This document shows positions 8,928 to 17,788 of a stretch of DNA of 24,889 bases, in pieces. The stretch is from Promethearchaeota archaeon Loki_b32 (GTDB taxonomy: Archaea; Asgardarchaeota; Lokiarchaeia; Sigyniarchaeales; SOKP01), in assembly GCA_005223125.1 (NCBI GenBank), contig NJBH01000045.1, positions 1 through 24,889 on the forward strand, given 5' to 3'. The position numbers and the translations under genes were made by a program. Within the stretch, counting starts at the first letter, position 1. Every line of letters begins with the position of its first letter. The notes beneath the pieces are model-generated. The model was not told where the DNA came from. It searched no databases and was given only the letters and a program-made list of their open reading frames with translations.

Positions 8928-8950
8928 TTTAATTCCCTCTCAATTCCTAA

Positions 8951-10228
8951 TTAGATTTGCCAACTATTAAAAAAATAAAAGAAATTGAATAAAAAAACTA
9001 AAACTATTAAAAATTCAATTGATAAAACTAATGATCTTTTAGTTAAATAATTATATGAGGAGAGTTTTTCATGATATAAATCCAATTCTTTAAAAAGATC
9101 AGAGAATTTTACAGTTCCTAATCCTTGAGCCTTCGGTTCATAATTTAAATCTCTACTTGTTTTTTTTAACAAATCTATAAGATCATTATAAGTTATTTCT
9201 GGATCAAATTCTTTTATTAAAGCGATTAATCCTACACAAATTGAAGCAGAAACGCTAGTACCAGAAACTCTCACTCTTAAACTTTCAGAGAATGGCACTA
9301 TAACATTGGAACCATGAAAACATAAATCTGGCTTTATTCGATCATCTAAAGTGGGACCCCTTCCACTAAAATTAGGAACAGTAAGTTTTTTTGTGAGAGC
9401 TCCTACGGTAATAACTTTCTCTGCTGCACCAGGGCTTCCAATTGTATAATAATTTGGGCCAAAATTGCCAGCAGGGCATATTATGATTATATTTCTATCA
9501 ACTAATAGATTACACGCTAAAGATAATATATCTTTACCATCAGAAGAATCTTTTGTGACAAATGAAACTAATAGAATATCAATATTAATATTTTCTTCAA
9601 CAATTTTATCATAAACGTTTAGAATATCAGAGATCTTGTATTCTTGACTTGAATTAGATATATTGAAATCAAAATAATTAACATTCGGGGCAATTCCAAT
9701 ATAATTACCATCAATATTTTTAAATTGGTTACTAATCAAACTAACCATTACAGTTCCATGTGTGATCTCTCTTTTTGTGTTCTTTAGATCATCAGCTTTT
9801 CTTCTGTTGCTGAACAAAAATTGCTTAGATATAATATTCGATATTGATGGGAAATTTTTGTTTATTCCATCATCAATAATCCCTACCCTAACATTTTTTC
9901 CTGTGAATGAAATTTGGGAATTTTTATAACTATCTAATTCTAAAAACTCACTGAACTCTAACATCGAAAGAAAAAGTTTCTGATCTTCTTCTATTTGTTG
10001 TATTAAATCCTCTTTATCAAATTCATTAATTTGTTCCTTCTTTAGATTCACAGCAATAGAGGGGATAAGATAAAATTTCTTTAAAATTCTCAAATCTTTA
10101 TGCTTAGTTATAAATTTATCTCGGTTTGCACTATCTTCAAAAGAGATAATTACATTGAACTCATTTTGACTATCTTTAACATTTTCAATCTTTTTAGAAA
10201 AAAGAGGGTATATTCTTTTATATATCAT
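8951..10228 (-). CDS. Subtilisin-like S8 serine protease with an I9-like propeptide and a C-terminal membrane anchor
   Basis: Catalytic triad GIIDDG / THGT / SGTSVS, oxyanion PAGN, SPGAAEKVITVGA, FSGRGPT...KPDL and a hydrophobic C-terminus. Confidence 0.9.
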   Translation of the reverse strand: MIYKRIYPLFSKKIENVKDSQNEFNVIISFEDSANRDKFITKHKDLRILKKFYLIPSIAVNLKKEQINEFDKEDLIQQIEEDQKLFLSMLEFSEFLELDSYKNSQISFTGKNVRVGIIDDGINKNFPSISNIISKQFLFSNRRKADDLKNTKREITHGTVMVSLISNQFKNIDGNYIGIAPNVNYFDFNISNSSQEYKISDILNVYDKIVEENINIDILLVSFVTKDSSDGKDILSLACNLLVDRNIIIICPAGNFGPNYYTIGSPGAAEKVITVGALTKKLTVPNFSGRGPTLDDRIKPDLCFHGSNVIVPFSESLRVRVSGTSVSASICVGLIALIKEFDPEITYNDLIDLLKKTSRDLNYEPKAQGLGTVKFSDLFKELDLYHEKLSSYNYLTKRSLVLSIEFLIVLVFLFNFFYFFNSWQI

Positions 10229-10249
10229 TATGATGATTATCTCTTTTTT

Positions 10250-11053
10250 TTAGTCAAACTTGTATTCTTTTAATATTTCTTCAACTGTATAATTCTTATG
10301 CACAATTTTATAAATTGCACTTATCATTTTTGTAGGGTCTTCAGATTGAAATATATTCCTACCAATCGATACTCCACATCCCCCTGCTTGAATAGAATCA
10401 CATACCATTTGGAACAAATCTGAAATACTATCCATTTTCGGTCCTCCCGCAATAATAATAGGAACATGACTAACACCATTCACTATCTCTTTAAATGAAT
10501 CTATGTCTCCTGTGTAATTTGTTTTAATGACATCCGCTCCTAATTCTACACCTACTCTAACAGCAATATTTACAACTTCGGGATCGTTCTCATTTTTAAT
10601 TTTGTTACCTCTAGGATACATCATAGCTATTAATGGAATTCCCCACTCTCTTGATTTTTCTATAGTTTTACTGGCGTCTTGGAGCATTTCTGGTTCCTCA
10701 TTTGCCCCAATATTTATATGGATTGAAACTCCATCAGCACCCATCTTTAATGCTCTTTCAACAGAACAGACTAGAACTTTTCTGTCAGGATCTGGCGCTA
10801 AATTTGTTGCTCCAGATAAATGGATTATTAAACCAATATCCTTACCATACTGTCGGTGTCCAGCGCTCACCATACCTGAATGCATTAATACTGCATTTGC
10901 ACCTCCTAAAGCAACTTTCTCAACCATGTCCGCGATGTTTTCCAGACCTTTAATTGTTCCCATTGTTAATCCGTGGTCCATTGGAATAATAATCGTTTTT
11001 TTAGACTTCCGATCAAATAATCTTTCTATTCTAATACTTTTACCAATATTCAA
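10250..11053 (-). CDS. aroA': 2-amino-3,7-dideoxy-D-threo-hept-6-ulosonate synthase (archaeal class I aldolase, DhnA family)
   Basis: GKSIRIERLF, IPMDHG, HRQYGKDIGLIIHLS, AMMYPRG, GADVIKTNYTG (Schiff-base Lys), IAGGPK and GRNIFQ, as in MJ0400-type enzymes; TTG start. Confidence 0.8.
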   Translation of the reverse strand: MNIGKSIRIERLFDRKSKKTIIIPMDHGLTMGTIKGLENIADMVEKVALGGANAVLMHSGMVSAGHRQYGKDIGLIIHLSGATNLAPDPDRKVLVCSVERALKMGADGVSIHINIGANEEPEMLQDASKTIEKSREWGIPLIAMMYPRGNKIKNENDPEVVNIAVRVGVELGADVIKTNYTGDIDSFKEIVNGVSHVPIIIAGGPKMDSISDLFQMVCDSIQAGGCGVSIGRNIFQSEDPTKMISAIYKIVHKNYTVEEILKEYKFD

Positions 11054-11141
11054 TATAAATCCTTAGCTTCTTTAAGATTGAACTTATCAATATAAATGAC
11101 AGCAATAATATAAAATTATAGTTATTAAAAGCAGTTTGTAA

Positions 11142-12713
11142 TTACCAAGGTCTTTTTATGTAAGAGTTCCTTGCTAAATCCCGTTTTTTTGGGTGGTTTT
11201 CATTAAAATGAGTTCCTCTACTTTCTTTTCGAGATAATGCACATCTGATTAAAAGTTCTGCTACCATTGATAAATTTCTTAATTCTATTAAATTCTTATC
11301 AACTTTATAATTCCAATAGTAATAATCTATCTCTTCTGAGAATATATTCATTCGTTTAAGAGCTCTTTTTAAACGCATATCTGATCGGACAATGCCCACA
11401 AAATTTTGCATCACGGTTCTAATTTCATCCCAATTTTGGGTTATCACTACTGCTTCTGTCGACGGAACAGCATTCCCAATTTCCCATTCGGAAAACTGTT
11501 TGATTTTTAAATTCGATCTTTGTTCTAATAAATATTTAGCGCATTCATATGCACTCACTATACCTTCAAGTAAAGAATTGCTTGCTAATCTATTTGCACC
11601 ATGAAAACCCGTACATGCGGCTTCTCCAATGACATAAAGATTTTTTATTTCTGTGATGCCATCAATTCCTGCCATTACACCACCACAACAATAATGAGCA
11701 GCAGGAACTACGGGAATTGGCTCTTTTGTAATGTCAATATTGAATTCTAAGCATTTTTCATAGATTCCTGGAAAATGACTTGTAATAAAATCAGAATTTT
11801 TATATGAACTAATATCTAAATAAACGTAATCATCACCAGATTTCTTTAATTCTGCATCAATAGCTCTTGAGACTATATCACGAGGAGCCAAATCTTTTTG
11901 AGGATGATAATTTTTCATAAACTCACTTCCTCTTACATCTTTTAATATTGCGCCCTCTCCTCGCATAGCTTCTGAGATTAAAAATGATTTTGCATAGGGA
12001 TGATACAAACATGTAGGATGAAACTGATAAAATTCCATATTAGATATCATTGCTCCTGCTCTATATGCCATGGCTATACCATCGCCTGAAATTATATCTG
12101 GATTTGTAGTATATAAATAAATTTTCCCTGCTCCTCCTGTAGCTAAAACGGTAGCTTTTGCTGCAATATTGTGGATTTCTTCGGTTTCTTGTTCTAAAAC
12201 ATAGGCGCCATAACACTTTAAATTCTTAACATATAGATTAACTGCGCACCATTTTTCTTTTATTTCAATATTATTCAACTTTTCTACATTTCTTATAAGC
12301 GTATCTTCAATACTTTGCCCAGTTTGATCATTTACATGTAGAATTCTTCTTTCTGAGTGCCCTCCTTCTTTTCCTAAATCATATTCACCATTTTTATTTC
12401 TAGTAAACTTTACCCCTAATTCAATTAACTCATCTATCCTCTTAGGAGCTTGAGTTGTTATGGTTCTTACGATTTTTTCATTACTTAGCCCATCTCCAGC
12501 TAATAGGGTATCTTTAATGTGTTTTTCAAAGTTATCACCGCTATTCGATACACAGGCAATACCCCCTTGGGCAAAATATGTACTACTATGATGTAAACTT
12601 TCTTTTGTTATTAAGAAAATTTTTTCTTCCGGAAATAATTTAGAAAGATTTAACGCTAAAGAGAGTCCAGATATTCCACTTCCAATAATTAAGAAATCAG
12701 TTTTAATCTTCAA
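11142..12713 (-). CDS. nadB: L-aspartate oxidase
   Basis: IIGSGISG, AQGGIA, EGGHSERRILH, QFHPT, LISEAMRGEG, LAPRDIVSRAI, HYCCGG, HGANRLASNSLLE and RKESRGTH motifs. Confidence 0.93.
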   Translation of the reverse strand: MKIKTDFLIIGSGISGLSLALNLSKLFPEEKIFLITKESLHHSSTYFAQGGIACVSNSGDNFEKHIKDTLLAGDGLSNEKIVRTITTQAPKRIDELIELGVKFTRNKNGEYDLGKEGGHSERRILHVNDQTGQSIEDTLIRNVEKLNNIEIKEKWCAVNLYVKNLKCYGAYVLEQETEEIHNIAAKATVLATGGAGKIYLYTTNPDIISGDGIAMAYRAGAMISNMEFYQFHPTCLYHPYAKSFLISEAMRGEGAILKDVRGSEFMKNYHPQKDLAPRDIVSRAIDAELKKSGDDYVYLDISSYKNSDFITSHFPGIYEKCLEFNIDITKEPIPVVPAAHYCCGGVMAGIDGITEIKNLYVIGEAACTGFHGANRLASNSLLEGIVSAYECAKYLLEQRSNLKIKQFSEWEIGNAVPSTEAVVITQNWDEIRTVMQNFVGIVRSDMRLKRALKRMNIFSEEIDYYYWNYKVDKNLIELRNLSMVAELLIRCALSRKESRGTHFNENHPKKRDLARNSYIKRPW

Positions 12714-12822
12714 TGGAAAATATTCAATTTTTCACTAAAATAATTAAAATTTATTTTAAAATACACTTAATTTTATTAAAATTTTATTACATTAAAAGTG
12801 GAGAAAAATTTTTTTTGAGGTT

Positions 12823-15234
12823 CTATTTACCTATTTTCCTATTTATATCATCAATTTTATTTCTTATTACATCAACATATTGTTCTTGTTCCAATTGATT
12901 AAATATTTTTAAACTTTCCTCATAATTGTGCAAGGCTTTCCGATATTCTCCATGCATCGTATATACTCTGCCAATATTATAAAGGTCACTAGCAATTCCC
13001 ATAGGATCTTTTATTTGTTGATCAATCACAAGCGTTTCTTCATAGCTTCTTAAAGCATCATAATAATTATCAAATATCTCATAGATTTTTCCAATATTAC
13101 TGAGACTAGCTGCTTTATTATTTAATTCACCAATCTTATCAAAGATTAATACTGCTTCTTGGTATTTTACAAGAGCAACCTGATATTCTTCTTGAATCAT
13201 GTTAATTGATCCTATTTTGGTTAAGAGAAGGCTTTTCTTAGATAGATCCCCTATATCATTAGCAATAATCAAAGCTTCACTATATTTTTCCTTTGCAAGA
13301 TTATAATTCGCGCGATTGTTGTGAATCATACCTATATTATTAAGGTAAATTATCTTCATTAAGGGATCACCTAATCGTTCTTCGATATTTAAAGCTTCTT
13401 GATATTTTTCCAATGCCTTATCAATTTTTCCCTGCGCTAAATAAACGGAACCAATGTTGTTAATGCATCCCGCTTTTTTTGAAAGATCGCCCAATTGTTC
13501 AGCAATTTGTAATGATTCAGAATATTTGTCTAATGCTTTCTTATAATTTTTATAATCATCATAAACTCTTCCTATATTATTCAGCAATATCACTTTTCCA
13601 TAAAGATCTCCTAAAAGATCTGAAATTCGTAAGGCTTCATCGTAATACTTAATTGCTCGCTCTTTTTCATCATTAGCCTTATAAATCATTCCAATATTAT
13701 TTAAAAGAGCTGCCTTGCGATTTAGATCCCCTACTATTTCAGTGATTTTTACAGCTTCCAAGTAATTTTCTAATGCCAAATTAAATTCATGGCGAATTTC
13801 GTACACTCTACCAATATTATTTAAACAAGATATTTTACTAGATAAATCCCCTAATTTTTCAACAATTTCTAAAGATTGGTGATACTGACTAAACGCTTCA
13901 TCATATTTTCCTAAGGTTAAGAAAATTGATCCTATATTGTTCAGATCCGTACTCTTGCCTGCAATGTCATTTAAAGATTCATCTATTTGTAATGCTTGCT
14001 TATAATATTGTAAAGCAGTAAGAAAATTTCCCATTATTTGATTGATCATACCCAGAAAATTAAGAAAATAGGATTTAGAAGATTTATCATTGATTTCTTC
14101 GGCAATTAAAATCCCCTTTTCTGAACATCGTTTTGCTGCTTCAATTTCTTTTAAATAGTAGAATAAGTGGCATGTAAATTTATATTTTTCAACTGATGCA
14201 ATATCCTCATAAATAGGTTTGATCCATTCTGAAAATTCTGGAATTTTTTTTTCTATTTCAAATAAATTGATTTCATTTACAGGAAGATAAGGTAAAAAAA
14301 CATTCCACAAATGTGTTTCAACAAAATACCTTGTGCTTATTTTTATTAATATTACTTCAAAATCGCCACTTGAACTTATCTCTGCTAACATTTGTTCAAG
14401 ATGAGATGACTTCTCTGGAGATATTAAATCCTCTCTCTTTCTTATTTTAGTAATTTCTGTTTGTGTACTTTGTGTGTGTTCAATCCAGATAAGGCGATTA
14501 AGGAAAGGTAATTCTCTTAATGTAGGACCAATATCAAAATCATCACTTCCGGAATATCCTAAAACCACTAATGTTCGCTTATTCATTAAATTGAATATAG
14601 TAGGTTTTTTATATGGCTCAATAGTGAATGTCTCCCCTTCTCCACGCTCCTTACCTAAAGCACTCATGGTTGTTATGAGTGAATCACTAGTGTCTTTACC
14701 TGTAATAATATTTCGTTTGGATCCATGAATTTTATATACAGGATATTTATTTGATTTCATAAGGTTTTCAGGATCTTGGTAAAAAATGAAATCTTCTTTT
14801 GAAATGATAGGTATAATATCTTGGTGCCAATTATTCTCTAGAACCTTCAGTAAAGCTTGTTCGATCAAATAATCAAAATTGGTAGTTATGACATAATTTC
14901 CTCGAGTAATAATATTACTTAGAAATAAATGAATTAAGTTTGGTTCAGTTATATACTCCAAATAATCTAAAAATTTCAAATCCTTATCAAAAATATCTTG
15001 AATTTTTTCTACTACAAGTTCAAATCTGAGCATTTCAAGTGAGAGTAAATTCTCAATTTCATCTGGAGGTGCACATAATTCCAATAAATCCTTAACGATT
15101 TGTATTGCAGAGGGCATATTTGTAGGGGGGTCCATGGAGATTCCCGCTCCTACTAAGAACGTATATCTACGTTTTGGAGTAAATAATGCTTCAATATTTT
15201 CTTTATATTCTTTAAACTGAATATCATCAGCCAT
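12823..15234 (-). CDS. SIR2-like (SIR2_2, NADase-type) domain fused to a TPR array
   Basis: FLVGAGIS, ITTNFD, KIHGS and VLGYSGSD motifs, followed by ten 40-aa TPRs (LNNIG..Y...A...Y..AL.I...GD). Confidence 0.88.
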   Translation of the reverse strand: MADDIQFKEYKENIEALFTPKRRYTFLVGAGISMDPPTNMPSAIQIVKDLLELCAPPDEIENLLSLEMLRFELVVEKIQDIFDKDLKFLDYLEYITEPNLIHLFLSNIITRGNYVITTNFDYLIEQALLKVLENNWHQDIIPIISKEDFIFYQDPENLMKSNKYPVYKIHGSKRNIITGKDTSDSLITTMSALGKERGEGETFTIEPYKKPTIFNLMNKRTLVVLGYSGSDDFDIGPTLRELPFLNRLIWIEHTQSTQTEITKIRKREDLISPEKSSHLEQMLAEISSSGDFEVILIKISTRYFVETHLWNVFLPYLPVNEINLFEIEKKIPEFSEWIKPIYEDIASVEKYKFTCHLFYYLKEIEAAKRCSEKGILIAEEINDKSSKSYFLNFLGMINQIMGNFLTALQYYKQALQIDESLNDIAGKSTDLNNIGSIFLTLGKYDEAFSQYHQSLEIVEKLGDLSSKISCLNNIGRVYEIRHEFNLALENYLEAVKITEIVGDLNRKAALLNNIGMIYKANDEKERAIKYYDEALRISDLLGDLYGKVILLNNIGRVYDDYKNYKKALDKYSESLQIAEQLGDLSKKAGCINNIGSVYLAQGKIDKALEKYQEALNIEERLGDPLMKIIYLNNIGMIHNNRANYNLAKEKYSEALIIANDIGDLSKKSLLLTKIGSINMIQEEYQVALVKYQEAVLIFDKIGELNNKAASLSNIGKIYEIFDNYYDALRSYEETLVIDQQIKDPMGIASDLYNIGRVYTMHGEYRKALHNYEESLKIFNQLEQEQYVDVIRNKIDDINRKIGK
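12886..14085 (-). repeat. Ten tandem 40-codon TPR units
   Basis: Residues 384-783 divide exactly into 10 x 40 aa with a recurring L-N-N-I-G core. The units are divergent at the DNA level. Confidence 0.85.
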
Positions 15235-15369
15235 ATTTTATTCCTTTAGAAATTAAAGAGTCTTTTTTTTATGATCTAATATACGACGTTAATACTTTTG
15301 AAGTTAATCATAATTTTTTTTTGACTTGGAATATTTTAATTAATTAAATAAATCTACTATTGATTAATT

Positions 15370-15888
15370 ATGCCCAAAATACGAAATATTTTATTTCTTT
15401 GCGCAGGAAATACTTGTAGGTCACCTTTCGCATCCGAATTTGCGAAGTTCTTGAAAAATACGAAGTATCGAAATGAATTAAGAGAAGTGGAGTTTGATTC
15501 TGCTGGACTTTATCATTATTATAAGGTCGCACAAGATGGAACAGTAAATTACTTGAAATCTAAAGGTGTAGACATGAGTAACTTTAGAACTAAAAGAGTA
15601 GATGAGGACCTAGTGAGCAAACAAGATATTATTTTAACTTTTGAACAAAAAAGGCATATTAATAAACTGAAAAGACGATTTAAGAATTTAAACCTAGATG
15701 AAAAAGTCTTTCTATTGTTGGAATATGCTGGTGATAAAGAGAATTTAGAAATTGAAGACCCTTTTTATCTAGAACAAGAAGAATATAATAAGATTCTTAA
15801 AAGAATTGAAGAGGGTGTTTTGAAGACTATTGATAAGATAATTAAAATAAATAATCTAGAAAACGATCAAATTTCCGATATTTATTAA
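15370..15888 (+). CDS. Low-molecular-weight protein phosphatase (LMW-PTP/YwlE family)
   Basis: P-loop LFLCAGNTCRSP, DSAG and general-acid EDPFY. Confidence 0.9.
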   Translation: MPKIRNILFLCAGNTCRSPFASEFAKFLKNTKYRNELREVEFDSAGLYHYYKVAQDGTVNYLKSKGVDMSNFRTKRVDEDLVSKQDIILTFEQKRHINKLKRRFKNLNLDEKVFLLLEYAGDKENLEIEDPFYLEQEEYNKILKRIEEGVLKTIDKIIKINNLENDQISDIY

Positions 15889-15933
15889 TAAATTGATTTT
15901 CTCTATCAATTTCTTTAATCTTTTTGATGATTA

Positions 15934-17595
15934 TCAACTAAATTCCTCATATTTTTGACTAAAATATTTTTTAATTAAAAATTTTGCAGAAGAGAACGTG
16001 CGTACATTTCCTTTAAAATTTTTCGTCTCTTCGGAAAAATTCTGTTCAAATGCTCTTGAAAAAGCAAGTAGTTTTTTAAATAAAACTGGCAGGTCCATCG
16101 TGGTAATTAATGCCGCTATATGGTATTTCCCAAAAGCAAAATAAATATGATTTCCTTCTTTATCTATTTTTTTTAAATGCTTTGAACTTTTCGTTATTTC
16201 AGATAAAATTGTTATTATTCCAGAAAATGCCCCCGAAATAAGGTCTTCATCAAACTTACCCTCTTCTTCCTCTTCTTTAGGTTGATATTTGAGTATAAAA
16301 TCGTAATTGTATAAGCAAATTCCACTTTTACTTATTACAAATAGCGTTTTTAATGATTTTGCCCAATTTTTTTCTTTAGATACTAAAATATCTTTACCTA
16401 CCATCATCCAAACAAGAATTATAACTAGAACAAATGAATTTAGTAAAATAGGTAAATCTGGTACCATTGATCGCATATCCTCAAATTTGGCATAAAAAAC
16501 AGATATCATTTTATACAATAGATATCCTGAACCAAGCCCAAAACACATTAAAGACATAAAAATACCATATATACTCCCTCTATATTTCAAGTTACCCCTT
16601 TCAGTTGAAAAATCTCCTGCTATTGTAATTATTGCCAAAATAAGTGGAAGAATAGCGAAAGCATAATGAAGAGATATATGGATATTTTTAGGAATACCAA
16701 ATACTAGTGGATAGGAGGGATCTTCATAAAAGGATCCAAATGATATATAAAAAAATGAAACAACTAAAATTCCAATGACTAACGAATTCTTACGTCCAAG
16801 ATTATCAAAAAACCAGCCCGCCGCAAGAATATAAAAAATGGAAGTTATTGTAAATGTAAAGATATCTACTTTAAAACCATCAAAATAGCCCAAAGAATCA
16901 TTTAATAAACCACCTAATAACCCACTCAAAAAAGCAAAACCAATTGTGTATCTAGAAAAGTGTACCTCAAAAATGATATCGAAATATTTCATATCAGATT
17001 TAAGTCTTTCTTTAGTCTCAATATATTCATAATACCTTGAATTGATAATGATTATGATTAAAAGAATAAACTCTACAACGATAAGATAAATGAATAAATC
17101 TTGAAAAAATACAAAAAAGAGATCTAGTAATCCAATTAGGAAGCTTGATGCTAAGATTATAGCTGTTACTCGACCTCTATTCAAAATATTAGTTTCATGA
17201 ACTAATGTTGAACACCAGATTATAATTAATTGAGGTATCGTAATTAAATTAATCAAAATACCTATAATAATATATAGAGGGGCATTAAAACTAGTTAGAA
17301 ATAAACCTATTATACAAATTAGCAACAGAATATTAAAAAACTTAGTCTTTTTTTTAATAATATCAATAAAAAAACCACTAGCTAAAAAAAAGATGGAGAC
17401 TCCAAAAAATACCATAATCACAGGCATTTCTTTATCCAAACCAACCTCCATGTTTATAAAAAATTTGAGTATATAGTATTCAACTATAAACATAATAGAG
17501 AGAAAAGAGAAAAACAGATAAAGAAAAGATTCTCTTTTTAAGTCAACGTCCCTGGCGAATATCTTACCAAGCCAAAATTTAATACTCATTTTCAT
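15934..17595 (-). CDS. 12-TM MFS-fold membrane protein with a C-terminal longin-like domain
   Basis: About 12 hydrophobic helices; MFS motif A GWFFDNLGRK; NRGR and YRG loop motifs; soluble C-terminal domain of about 140 aa (LFVISKSGICLY...DLISGAFSGIITILSEIT...FEQNF). Confidence 0.75.
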   Translation of the reverse strand: MKMSIKFWLGKIFARDVDLKRESFLYLFFSFLSIMFIVEYYILKFFINMEVGLDKEMPVIMVFFGVSIFFLASGFFIDIIKKKTKFFNILLLICIIGLFLTSFNAPLYIIIGILINLITIPQLIIIWCSTLVHETNILNRGRVTAIILASSFLIGLLDLFFVFFQDLFIYLIVVEFILLIIIIINSRYYEYIETKERLKSDMKYFDIIFEVHFSRYTIGFAFLSGLLGGLLNDSLGYFDGFKVDIFTFTITSIFYILAAGWFFDNLGRKNSLVIGILVVSFFYISFGSFYEDPSYPLVFGIPKNIHISLHYAFAILPLILAIITIAGDFSTERGNLKYRGSIYGIFMSLMCFGLGSGYLLYKMISVFYAKFEDMRSMVPDLPILLNSFVLVIILVWMMVGKDILVSKEKNWAKSLKTLFVISKSGICLYNYDFILKYQPKEEEEEGKFDEDLISGAFSGIITILSEITKSSKHLKKIDKEGNHIYFAFGKYHIAALITTMDLPVLFKKLLAFSRAFEQNFSEETKNFKGNVRTFSSAKFLIKKYFSQKYEEFS

Positions 17596-17788
17596 TTTTA
17601 TCTTCTTTTAGCTATATCAGATTTTAATAGACAAATAAAAAATTATCCAATTTTAATAGATTTAGCCTAGATCTTAATTTTATAAATTAATCTTTGTAGT
17701 ATTTTTTAGGACATCTTTTTATTTAATGTTTTTGTTATAACCCGTTAAATTAGGAAAAAGCTATAAAAAAGCTGAAAAAGATAAATCT

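Noticed and set aside
12713-12898. 61-aa hydrophobic + strand ORF between nadB and SIR2-TPR
   Set aside because: It overlaps the SIR2-TPR 3' end and the nadB start, and its F/I/L/K composition is what AT-rich intergenic DNA produces.
12886-14085. 120-bp periodicity as a CRISPR array or DNA tandem repeat
   Set aside because: The periodicity is protein-level TPR coding with divergent DNA and no identical repeats or spacers.
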